Below are positions 27,178 to 38,432 of a stretch of 64,000 nucleotides of DNA, piece by piece. The stretch comes from Octopus vulgaris. Taxonomy: Eukaryota. Below the pieces are notes generated by a model that was not told where the DNA came from, did not search any database, and was given only the letters and a program-made list of their open reading frames with translations. A program made the position numbers and the translations under genes. The stretch's first letter is position 1, and the number at the start of each line of letters is the position of its first letter. Where the stretch lies: positions 114,576,001 through 114,640,000 of the forward strand of contig OX597816.1 in assembly GCA_951406725.2 (NCBI GenBank), in the 5' to 3' direction.

Positions 27178-28397
27178 TTAAACAAAATTAATCACAGTCC
27201 AGGCTATCATTGGTATATCTAGTAATCACTGTCCTAGAAAAACAAAAAAAAAAAAGCTTTATCAAGGCTGAAATGTTGATGACTGACTAGCACAACTAAA
27301 GTATTGATGAATTCCTTAAAAAATAATAAAAATTAATGGATTATTTTTTGTAACACATTTTTTACATTATATATTTTCCCGACAATTTATAGTTAAAACA
27401 ATAAGTGTTTACCTTTTATTAATGAAATAATTAGCGAGTCAGTTTATAATTACGGTCTTCTTGATGTAAAAAACGATTAAATCATTATTCTTGTAGATAT
27501 TTTATGTATTTAACGAGAAATCAGTTGCGAGTAGACATCGATGAAATGCATGAATTTATGACTTTTGCTTTTACTGTAATTTACTTTTTTTCTGATGAAA
27601 GAAAATCTTTTTTCAAAGATATAAATACTTGTATAATTACAGGATCTTTTCCGCTTGGCTTCAGTTGTGGAAATTTGAAAGGTTATTGAAAATTTTATGA
27701 TTTGGTGTATTAATGTAGTTTTCCACGCTGAATCTCAGAAGATATTTCACTTTTTCCAGAATTTTTTTTTTTTAAGGCTTAAGACGTTTAAAATTTGACG
27801 ATTTTCACCCAGTTAGAAAACAGGATTTGGAAACTGTCATTTCGTGCGTGACAGCACGAGTTGTCAACATTCTAAAAATAGAGTTTTGATGAGAAACTGT
27901 AAATAAATCAACAATAATAAATCTCTGAGCGAGATATAAATCAACTTTTGCTTTACGCACGACATTTAACCTTTTTTTAGTTTTTGGAATTTCCAGAAAT
28001 TTTTTGCGAATTTGTGCGTGATTTAAGGTCTGTTTGGCTGTTACTTTTAGCACATCTCTCGACCACCAGGATACATGAGCAGATGAGCACATTTTGCGTA
28101 GAATGTATTTGTCAACACGCGCAACCTTACATACAAAAAGATTGTCATGTTTGGCTCATTTCGAAAACGTACGAGTGGTTGTATGTTGGTCAAAAACTTT
28201 CATTGATAATTTTCATACTGTATGATGCAAGTATTCACTTTAAATTCATTGACATTTTTCAGAAATACAACAAATTAGTTAAATACGAAATCTGAGCGAT
28301 CTAAACGACACAAGCTATGCACTTTGAATCCATTATATTTCATTGTAATAACTGAGCTACGATGGATGGCATCTGAAAAGTTTAATAAAAACCTTTT

Positions 28398-28790
28398 TTT
28401 TTTACTACCCACAAGGGGCTAAACATAGAGGGTACAAACAAGGACAGACAAACGGATTAAGTCGATTACATCGACCCCAGTGCGTAACTGGTACTTAATT
28501 TATTGACCCCGAAAGGATAAAAGGCAAAGTCGACCTCGGCGGAATTTGAACTCAGAACGTAACGATAGACGAAACACGGCTACGCATTTCGCCCGGCGTG
28601 CTAGAAATTTTTGGGAAAGGGGCCAGTCGAGTAAATCGACCCCAGTACGCAACTGGTACTTAATTTATCGACCTCAAAGGATGAAATTAAAATCGACCTC
28701 GGCGGAATTTGAACTCAGATTGTAAAGACAGTCGAAATACTGCTAAGCATTTCGCCCGGCGTGCTAACGCTTCTACCAGCTCGCCGCCTT
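28398..28790 (-). mobile_element. Dimeric or chimeric SINE family B
   Basis: Two tandem copies of the central domain. The complete head ends at about 28788 (GGCGGCGAGCTGGTAGAAGCG on the minus strand). Confidence 0.85.
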
Positions 28791-29158
28791 AAGGCAGAAA
28801 AATATTGTAGAGCTGTAAGAAAGGTCCTCCAAATTAACCTCCTTCTCCGCAGACATATTTTTGCAGCTATGTTTATCTCCTGTTGCCTTTTTACTACAGT
28901 TTACATTTTCCCTGAAGTCAAAGGTTATTGATTTGATTTATGATTCAACACTCTTAGCCATTGTCTCAGCGTCAACTTTTCTCACAAAAATTAAATATTT
29001 TACACTGTCTAATGTGAATTTTACATGGAATTTCTGTAGACACATGCAAATATGTGGAGACAAACATATTTCAACTACAACGGTATAGTCTCATATTCTA
29101 ACTCACAGCGTGACGTCCTGTTACAGTGCATTTCAATTGACTACAGTAGCATCCCAAT

Positions 29159-29327
29159 CGGTAACGTAGCTAGAATGTGTGCCACCCGGGGCGGCCTTTC
29201 CCGTTTGCCGCCTCCAGACCCCACAGAAAACACACATTGCCTACAGCTGACCCAAAAGTGCCGCCCCTTTAAAAGTGCTGCCGGGGGCAGATCACCCCTA
29301 CCGCCTCTGCCCCTAGCTACGCCAGTG
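29159..29327. mobile_element. hAT-like MITE
   Basis: TIRs CGGTAACGTAGCTAG and CTAGCTACGCCAGTG. Perfect 8-bp TSD ATCCCAAT at 29151-29158 and 29328-29335. Confidence 0.85.
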
Positions 29328-29571
29328 ATCCCAATTCTTATGGAAGCCCATCAATTAATATATACTTGTAATTCAATGCTTCATCTACTGTACAATTCAA
29401 TAGATTTGATTACATGGTTCAGGGAAATATTGCGTCACTTGACACAATAATTTTTATGTGTAGATAATCCAGTCATTGATTTTGGTTGTGGTGATAGTGT
29501 ATTTTTATGTGAGTTTATGTGTGCCTTGTGAACCTAGTTGTCAATAAAGATAATCTCATATTTCTAATGTT

Positions 29572-30325
29572 TGGGGTCCTGAAACAGTTTAGTGTCCTGA
29601 AAAAGTTGAGAGTCTTGATGCACTTTAGTGTCTTAATAAAGTTTGGGTCCTGATGCACTTTAGTATCTTGATAAAGTTTGGGTCCTGATGCATTTTCGTG
29701 TCTGGATAAAGTGTAGGGTCCTGATGTAGTTTAGTGTCTTGATAAAGTTAAAGGCCCCGATGCAGTTTAATGTCCTGATAAAGTTTAGGGTCCAGAAGTA
29801 GTTTAGGGTCCTGATGTAGTTTAGAGTCCTGATGCACTTTAGTGTCTTGATAAAGCTTAGGGTGCTGACGCACATCAATATCCTGATAAAGCTTGGGGTT
29901 CTGATGCACTTTAGTGTATTGACAAAGTTCAGGGTGCTGAAAAAAGTTTAGCCTTCGGATGCACTTAAGTGTCCCCTTAAAATTTAGGGTGCTGATGCAC
30001 TTTAGTGTCCTGATAGATTTTGGTGTCCTGGTGCAGTTTAGTGTCTTGATAAGATTGAGCGCCCTGATGCACTTCAGTGTCCTAATAAAGTTTAGGGTCC
30101 TGATGCACTTTAGTGTATTGATAAAGTTTTGATCCGCGATAAAGTTTAGGTTCCTAATTCACTTCCGTGTCCTGTTGCATTTTAGGGTCCTGATGCACTT
30201 TAGTAACCTGATGCGGTTTAGTGTCCTGATTCAGATGGTGTCCTGATGCACTTAAGTGTCCTGATAAAGTTTAGGGTCCTGATGCATTCTTGGGTCTTGA
30301 TGCAGTTTAGGGCCCGGATGCAGTG
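29572..30325. repeat. Minisatellite with an 18-bp unit and a 36-bp higher-order dimer, about 40 units
   Basis: Mostly alternating GTCCTGATGCACTTTAGT and GTCCTGATAAAGTTTAGG variants. Confidence 0.9.
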
Positions 30326-30821
30326 ATATTATATGGTCTATCGCTCCGTAAATAGACTTAAGAAACATGAACTTCGGTAGGAAATGATGGTGGTGGAATG
30401 CTGGAGTGTTAACAAGCGGTTTCACTTGATTACCGTTTTGTAGTAATGGTTCACATTTTATATTTAGCGGATAAGACGACCCCTTGTTTTTAGGAGAGAT
30501 TTTTAAGCTTCAAATATGGCAGATTAAAACAATATATAAAAACATGTGCTTGTGTTAATTTGTGTACGAATGTACATATGTTTGTACGAGCGCTTATATT
30601 TATTTTCAAAGGTACATTAATAAACTATGAAAAGATGCAATGTCAAAGGATTTTCAGTAAGTAATAAGTAATTTACGCTTGTAAATTGTGTATGTGTGTG
30701 TGTGTGTGTGCGTGCCATGTCCTATAACTGCCTGTTTCTCTAACTTTGTAGGGTCTTCCCTGTTGCTGTAACATACTGTGAAATTTTAAAATTACATAAA
30801 AATTTTCAAATTTGGTATATT

Positions 30822-31210
30822 CTTTTTTACTCTAGGCACAAGACCCGAAATCTTTGGAGCTAGTCGACTATATCAACCCAGTGCGTAACTGGTAATTAAC
30901 TTATAGACCCCTAAAAGATGAAAGGCAAAGTTGACCTCGGCAGAATTTGAACTCAGAACGTAAAGGCTGATGAAATACCTATTTCTTTACTACCCACAAG
31001 GGGCTAAACACAGAGAAGACAAACAAGGACAGACACACAGATTAAGTCGATTATATCGACCCCAGTGCGTAACTGGTACTTATTTAATCGACCCCGAAAG
31101 GATGAAAGGCAAAGTCGACCTCGGTGTAATTTGAACTCAGAACGTAGCGGCAGACGAAATACTGCTAAGCATTTCGCCCGGCGTGCTAACGTTTCTGCCA
31201 GCTCGCCGCC
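30822..31210 (-). mobile_element. Dimeric SINE family B with an 18-bp TSD
   Basis: TTTCAAATTTGGTATATT at 30804-30821 and 31211-31228 brackets two monomers. Confidence 0.9.
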
Positions 31211-32041
31211 TTTCAAATTTGGTATATTGAAATAGTTTTTCATGTTAAATCCGATTTTGTTATTCATTTATTTCAGAAAAAAGTTACAGAAGCTTAAAGT
31301 TTAATCAATTTTACCTAATCGACTTAGCAGGACTTGGAAGCTGGCATTTTCTGCATGATAGCTATCTATCACAAAATGAAAGTAAGATCATTACGAGGAG
31401 GAATTTTTTATTAAACAAAAGGAAGCAAAGCATTACGCTGGCCAAAGTTGTAAAAGCTTCTGAAATTTTAATAAGTTCTAATGAATAAAGTCATATGAAA
31501 CGGTCGAACGGACATGTAAATAATTTAGAAAGGAAAAAAATATCCTAAACGAACATTTTGGCGAAAAATTGCACAAATCACTCCTGATCAAGAGACTTAT
31601 CTGTCGGGGAAGGCATGGTCTGACATGGAATAAACAAAAATTTATACAAGACATTCCATTGTAAAAATTGTCCAGCAACGACAGGCTGTTCAGCTAGTGT
31701 ATATTTAAATGATTGTGTGTGTGCGTGTGTGGTAGTTAATTAAAGCTTGAGTACACATTTGGTAGCATGCCTTTAAAGAACCTTCATGAAGCCTTTGGGC
31801 AACCACCTACAGGCAAAAAATGACATGCTGTATAATCAAATCGAGCGAAACCGAATTAAATGAACGAGGCACTTTTTGAAAAGTTGCCTGAGGAGACACA
31901 TATACACCAAAAGATGCACCATAACCAGTTCCATCGTATCTCACTCGCGAGGGATCGATGCTAGATGGGTGGAAACAATCATTGGGATTAATAAAGAATC
32001 TCGTGAATTCCATTTTCTGTTCCTCTCATTTGTTATATATA

Positions 32042-32600
32042 CGAGGGAGTACCCAAACGTAACCGGAAACGTTCTCTGTGGGATAAAAATCTTTGTAGTT
32101 CAGGCTTCCGCCACTAGAACCCACTTGATGCAACCCTCAGGCATCAGTCTTGCCGACCGGCGTCGACAGGTCAAGTCGTACTGCCACGTGATGACTCTTT
32201 GTTTCGCAGTGCTTCTCCCTGTTCGACGATTTTTGCGATGGTTGAAACGAAAGAACAGCGTGCTTCCGTGAAGTTCTGTTTTCTGCTGGAAAAAAAACGA
32301 CGGCCGAAACAGTTGTCATGCTTCAAACATCTTACAAGAACGCTGCCATGAGCAAAACACAAGTTTATGAGTGGTTTACTCGTTTTAGGAATGATCGCTT
32401 GTCGCTTGAAGACCAGCCTCGTTCAGGACGACCACTGACCTCCCCGGATGAATGAAAACATCAGGAAATTTCACGAACCGTCACCGAACTATTGTCAAAC
32501 TTGTTGATAATGACTGGTATGTCCTGGAGCCCTTGCCCACGAAGTTTGAGCGAGGAATTGCTAATGAACATAGCTGCAGCAAAATTTGTGCCTTGCTTGC
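32042..32600 (+). mobile_element. Mariner transposon 5' fragment (TIR plus HTH region), truncated at a SINE A copy
   Basis: TA|CGAGGGAG terminus. Translation gives EQRASVKFCFLL..TAETVVMLQTSYKNAAMSKTQVYEWFTRFRNDRLSLEDQPRSGRP and AAKFVP. Confidence 0.85.
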
Positions 32601-32900
32601 TCAGTACTTATTCTATCGGTCACTCTTGCAGAAACGCTAAGTTAAGAGGACGTAAACACACCAGCATCGGTTTTCAAGCGTTGGTGTGGTGGGTGACAAG
32701 CACAAATACACAAATATACATACACATATACATATACAACGGGCTTCTTTCAGTTTCTGTCTACCAAATCAACTCACAAGGCTTTTGTCGGCCCGAGATT
32801 ACAGTAGAAGACACTTGCCCAAAGTGCCACACAGTGGGACTGAACCTTGAATCATCTGGTTGGGAAGCAAGCTACTTACCACACAGCCACGCCAGCGCCT
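32600..32900 (-). mobile_element. SINE family A copy (3'-truncated); a further fragment lies at 33095-33245
   Basis: Reverse complement of the family A head and core. Confidence 0.8.
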
Positions 32901-32956
32901 ATATGCACATATATATATATATATGTCTACACTTCTCTGGATCTTTCCTTCTTCTA

Positions 32957-32993
32957 TGTTTCCGACGAAGAGCTCCGCTCGAAACGTTAAACG
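32957..32993 (+). ncRNA. Minimal type I hammerhead-ribozyme-like motif (Penelope/retrozyme style, core U4>C)
   Basis: Stem I TGTTT/AAACG, core CCGACGA, stem II GAGC-TCC-GCTC, GAAA, palindromic AACGTT, putative GUU cleavage triplet. Confidence 0.6.
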
Positions 32994-33389
32994 CTCCTTC
33001 TTTCCTGAGCGTCCAATAATACTATATTTGTTCCACGTCCTCGCGTTGTTGTGTTTTTTTGTGCTTTCTTGTTTGGATTAACTATATATATATCAGACGG
33101 GCTTCTTTCAGCTTCCGACTTCACTCATAAGGCTTTGATTTGTCTGTAGCTAAAACAGAAAACACTTGCCCAAGATGAACCACCGTAGGATTGAAGCCGG
33201 AAACATGTCACTGAGAAATAAGCTTCTTACCACACACCCACGCCTCTGTGTGTGTGTGTACCTTCATTGCTTGGATTTTTTTCACATTTTTGACATTATT
33301 ATATTTATGGCGCATCAAACTACATCTTGCAACACACCAGTGCGTCACAACGAAACCATTGGTATAGCGTGTCAAAAAGTTAGGTTGCA

Positions 33390-33449
33390 TATCTACGGAC
33401 TGATCGCTGACTGCTGTGGAATATTGTGTCAGTGATCAGTTCGTAGATA
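33390..33449 (+). ncRNA. Pre-miRNA-like hairpin (unassigned)
   Basis: 22-bp uninterrupted stem (20 Watson-Crick pairs plus 2 G:U on the + strand) and a 16-nt loop. Confidence 0.45.
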
Positions 33450-33674
33450 AGTGAAACAGTATAAAACTAAATGTAATAGTATATGTGTGTTTTTTTAAAT
33501 CACTTAATATGTCTCTTCAACAAACGTAATTGTTCCAGTTTTAACAGACGATCTCAGATCAATTCACTTGCCATACAAACATAAAACGCACACACGCGGA
33601 CGTGTTTGTGTGTGTGTGTGTGTGTTGTGTGTGTGTGTATCTATAATAGTAATAATAATAATAATAAAAATAAC

Positions 33675-33706
<32 letters not shown>

Positions 33707-33789
33707 TAATAATAATATAAATATATGCATATATACATACATATATGTACATACCTACATCTATATGTATATATACATCCATATATGGG

Positions 33790-34092
33790 TACAGGACATT
33801 AAAAAAAAAACGTTCAACACAATGAGAAACGAAAATATAAAAACAAAAACATAGAAACGAACTTTTTTCAAACAACGCAAAACACAGAGTACAAGATATA
33901 CAACTTGAGGAATATTCCCCTTCTTCAGTTGTCCCTGTTTCGTCTACTCCACGTTTCGAAGGTAAGGAAAAGACGCGACTTCGTTAAAACAGTCCTTCCC
34001 GCAAATTTTATTTAATTTAAATAAAAGTTTGGATTTTTTGTGGAGGGTAAAAGTGGTAACAAGAACAGGACAGTAAAATCAATAAAAAAGTA

Positions 34093-34139
<47 letters not shown>

Positions 34140-34420
34140 TGTATGTATGTATGTATGTATGTATGTATGATGAATGAGTGTATGTATGTATGATTGCATT
34201 TGTGTATGTATGTGCGTGTGTATGTATGCATTCATGTATGTATTTACGTGCGTATGTCGTTCAATGCTCAAAATGAGGAGTAGGTAGACAGCCGAGAACT
34301 GATGAAGGGTCGTTCTTTGTGTTACTTCTCCTGTTTCCCATTTGTTTCTCTCGTTGTTTGCGTATTGAACTCATTTGTTTTCGTATTTCATGTTGTTTAC
34401 TGTTGGTGACGTTCTGCATA
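33790..34420. repeat. Two diverged, oppositely oriented copies of an unclassified repeat (possibly Penelope-associated) around a (TATG)n tract
   Basis: The minus strand of 33790-33990 (GGAGTAGACGAAACAGGGACAACTGAAGAAGGGG) resembles 34250-34420 (GGAGTAGGTAGACAGCCGAGAACTGATGAAGGG). Confidence 0.5.
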
Positions 34421-34460
34421 TATATATATAAATATATATATATACATATGTATGTGTGTG

Positions 34461-34505
<45 letters not shown>

Positions 34506-34789
34506 TATATTATGTATGTATACATGTTCTCTTTAATTTTAGAATAAATTTTGACCGGCCACCTACTTGGTAGCAAGGTTGTGAAAGAATGCATCAACTT
34601 TTAAATCTCAAAGGTCTTGGAGATATCATGATCATTTGCAGCATATAAATTAAGGATTTGCATTCTCTCCCCCAAGATCCAAGTTTTGCCATACTTTGCT
34701 CCAGATGGGTTGGTATTATACTAGGCATGCATGTATGTATGTATGTATGTATGATGTATGTATGTATGTGTGTGTGTATGTACACTTGT

Positions 34790-35664
34790 GACACGGTTGC
34801 GTGGGCAGTGAGAGTTAACAGTGACCTTCGTGTGGCAGCGTGCCGAGTGACATCGTTGTATTTACTTCACAAGTTGTGAAATTTGTGTTTTTGCGATCAC
34901 ATGTATGCTGTAGTCTGTGATTTTGTAATGGACAGGAACAAAGAGCCAACGTGAAATTTTGCGTTAAACTTGGGAAATCTGCTACAGAGACGTTGAACAT
35001 GCCTCGGATAGCTAATGGCGGTGAGGCAATGGGTTGTACGCAATATTTCGAGTGACATGGGCGCTTCAAAAGCGGAAGAATATCCCTAGAAGATGATGAG
35101 CTATTTGGAAGGCCTGCCATGAGCATCACCTCCGGAAATGTGGTATTGTGCATTTACAGTTAATCCCCCAAGGCCAGACCGTCAATCGAGAGTTCTACTG
35201 TGACGTTTTGAGGCGTTTAAGGGAGGACATTCGACGAAAACCACAGGATCTGTAGAGTCCAAAGAATTGGATTCTTCAAGACGACAATGCACCCTGTCAC
35301 CGAGCTCTCCTCACTCATGAGTTTCTCACCAAAAACATGGTATCGCTTCCGCAGCCGCCCTATTCGCGAGATTTAGTACCCGCAGACTTCCATCTCTTCC
35401 CAAAGATGAAAATGTAGCTCAAAGGTTGCTGTTTTAATACCCTTGTCGAGATCCAGAGCGAATACAGAAGGTTCTCGACTCGCTTACGGATAACGACTTA
35501 CAGGCTGGATTCCAAAAGTGGCAGGCATGCTGGGACCGGTGTATTGCTGTGCAAGGTGACTATTTCGAAAGAGATGATATTAAGACTTAAGTAAATAAGT
35601 TATTATTATTTTTTTTATTTTATTAAGTATAATTGGTCCAGAAACCTCTTGATACCACCTCATA
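34790..35664 (+). mobile_element. Internally deleted mariner (DD34D) transposon
   Basis: EQRANVKFCVKLGKSATETLNM..GRISLEDDE..GRP is fused to GQTVNREFYCDVLRRL..WILQDDNAPCH..PPYSRDLVPADFHLFPKMK..WDRCIAVQGDYFE. The right TIR ends GATACCACCTCATA. Confidence 0.9.
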
Positions 35665-35668
35665 TATA

Positions 35669-35882
35669 CGAGAAGATGCTGAAAATTTCATGGCTTTAAG
35701 GGTATCGCGAAAGGCCTGGTAGTGGCCCAAATTTCCGAGTTCTTCTACGGGGATTAGAAAAACTGAAGGACCGCGGCGATAAGTGTGAATCTGAGAGGAG
35801 AATATGTTGAATAAAATCACAATTAACTAATCCTCCTGTATTTTCTTTTATCGAAAGCCAGGAACTTTTCAGCACCTACTCG
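35669..35882. mobile_element. Mariner-derived MITE
   Basis: TA|CGAGAAGATGCTGAAAATTTCATGGCTTT ... AAAGCCAGGAACTTTTCAGCACCTACTCG|TA. Confidence 0.8.
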
Positions 35883-36121
35883 TATTTGTGTGTGTGTTTA
35901 CTGGTTTCAGTCACTAAATGGAATCAGAGTAAATCAATAAACATTCAGCAACTGGAGATGGTGATTAAAGTTCAGTTTCACAACTCAGCCATTTTTTTTT
36001 ATTAAATAGTAAATGCAGCGGAAGACACTTGAGTGATACGAGTGATAGTTTCACCACATCTCTTGTTCTATTATTTCCATTTTGATGTTTCTTCTTGATA
36101 CTTGGTATTATGCGTACAGAA

Positions 36122-36346
36122 GGCGGTGAGCTGGCAGAAACGTTAGCACGCCGGGCGAAATGCTTAGTGGTATTTCGTCTGCGTTACGTTGTGAGTTCAA
36201 ATTCCGCCGAGGTCGACTTTGCCTTTCATCCTTTCGGGGTCGATAAATTAAGTACCAGTTACGCACTGGGGTCGATGTAATCGACTTAATACCTGTGTCT
36301 GTCCTTGTTTGTCCCCTCTGTGTTTAGCCCCTTGTGGGTAATAAAA
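36122..36346 (+). mobile_element. Young monomeric SINE family B with a 15-bp TSD
   Basis: ATTATGCGTACAGAA at 36107-36121 and 36347-36361. CpGs are intact. Confidence 0.9.
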
Positions 36347-36469
36347 ATTATGCGTACAGAAAGAGACATCAAAATGGAAATCAGCAATTCAGAATCTAAA
36401 CAACGGAGTACAAGAAAAAAAACAAAAAAAAAAAACAAAAAACAACAACAGCAAAAATAATGAGGATTT

Positions 36470-36883
36470 CAGATTTTGGTACAATTGTCAGCAATTTCGG
36501 GGGAGTGGTTAAGTCGATTACATTGACCCCCAGTACTCCGAAAGGATGAAAGGCAAAGTCGATCTTGGTGAAAAGTGAACTCAGAATGTGAACCCTGACG
36601 AAATGCCGCTCTGCAATTTCGTCCGGCGTGCTAACGATTCTGCCAGCTCACTGCCGTAATAATCCTTTCTACTAAAGGCACAAGGCCTGAAATTTGGGGA
36701 GAGGGGGGATAATCGATTACATCGAATTCCAGTGTTTTACTGGTACTTAATTTATCGACCCTCGAAAAGATGAAAGGTAAAGTCGGCCTCGATGGAATCT
36801 GAACTCAGAACGTAAAGACAGACGATATACAGCGAAGCATTTCGCCCGGTGTGCTAGCGATTCTACCAGCCAGCTCACCGCCT
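36470..36883 (-). mobile_element. Two tandem SINE family B copies (alternative tail)
   Basis: Two reverse-complement copies of the head and central domain. Confidence 0.8.
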
Positions 36884-36884
36884 T

Positions 36885-36915
<31 letters not shown>

Positions 36916-37419
36916 ATGATGATGATGATGATGATAAACAAGCCAGAGCGTAAACCATATTGTATTCACATGCAAGTTTGATGTTATGTTTGTATATGCG
37001 CGCACGCGTATTTGTGTGTGTGTATGTGTGTGTGTATGTGTGTGTGCGAGTGTGTACGTCCGTACATGTGAGCGTGTATACACCCGTACATGTGTGCGCA
37101 TCAATTGTCAGATTAACGGTGTCTATTGATGCCAGTGTCTGGTTATTAAAAGGCTTCCCTATGAAAGCATGTCTCTCGCATCAGAAGCATCGCTTCCTCC
37201 ATTTTTTTCCCCCTGATCCACGTTGTCTACCTCTTCGCTTCTTTTAACTCATCCTTTTACCCATTCTTGCTTGTACAGATCGGTCAGTAGTTAGTTAATA
37301 GGGATTTTTTTCCCCCTTTTTTTTCTTTTCTTTTCTTTTTGGAAAGTGGAAGGAGGTTGGCTTCACGTAAATGGTTCTGTAAATGGGCAGTAAGTACAAT
37401 TGCAGCATCAGTAGTAGCA

Positions 37420-37770
37420 AGGGGAAGCAGCTGCAGCAATAATGACAACAACAACAACAGCATCATCAGCAACGTTATCAACCTCATCATCATCATCATT
37501 ATCAGCCACAACAACAACAACAACAACAACAACAGCAGCAGCATCACTAGTAACAAGAACAGCAGCGTTTGGAACTCCAGCAGCAATGGTAGCCAATTTG
37601 CATGCTATTCCAATTTGCGACTCAATGAACGACCAGATTGATATCGGACCGAGTACAAAAATAAAAACAATCAAAACAATAAACAACGGCAACAACAACA
37701 ACAACAACAACAAAAACGCAAACAACAAAAAAAAAAAAGAAACAAAGAAAAAGAAAAAAGAACGAATTTA
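37420..37770. repeat. Mixed trinucleotide (CAA/CAG/CAT) and A-rich low-complexity tract
   Basis: Directly visible. Confidence 0.85.
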
Positions 37771-38149
37771 AGGGGTTTTTGCTCTGTGACGGCTATTGAC
37801 GGGCAGGGGGAGTATGGATTGTAGTGGCGTTGCACAATCGCTTCTTGCCTTGTGGCGTGGTGTTACTGTGTCTAATAGACTTTGGCAGTTGCAGGTCTAA
37901 TGGCAGAGATGGTCTGGCGATGATAAGTCAGTGCAAGACGGACAAGAACGTCAGATGTAGCACGACTTTATCACATGATACATCTTCACTCCTTACGATT
38001 TTGGCAGTTATGAGAATGGGAAAGTGGGAGTGTGGAGAAGAGGTATGGGAGCAGGAGAGAACTAGGGAAGGAAAGAGGGGAATGGAGTAAAGCGCGTATA
38101 CAGTATATAGGACATGGAAATAACTGAGTATATATCATATATATTTGTG

Positions 38150-38153
38150 TGCT

Positions 38154-38192
<39 letters not shown>

Positions 38193-38273
38193 CAGACACA
38201 GAGAAGACTGGAGTTCATGAGTATGTATGCATGTGTGTATGTGTATATGTATGTATGTATATGTATGTGTGTG

Positions 38274-38304
<31 letters not shown>

Positions 38305-38396
38305 ATTAAGGGCACTACCTAGCGTAAATTAATTTTATATATACATGTTTGTGTGTGTATATATAAATGTATATGTATATATATGTATATATATAT

Positions 38397-38432
<36 letters not shown>

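Noticed and set aside
26971-27222. Acceptor-like TTTTTTTTTGCAG followed by an ORF
   Set aside because: It overlaps a dispersed repeat motif and runs into an (AAT)n microsatellite.
29052-29450. 132-aa Pro-rich ORF
   Set aside because: It spans a GC-rich hAT MITE with a TSD and has no recognisable domain.
29572-30325. CRISPR array or repeat-protein gene
   Set aside because: There are no unique spacers and no cas genes, the context is eukaryotic, and the reading frame is broken.
37284-37771. Poly-T/S/N or poly-L protein
   Set aside because: Several frames on both strands are open because of trinucleotide repeats, and there is no domain evidence. It is kept only as a possible non-coding exon.
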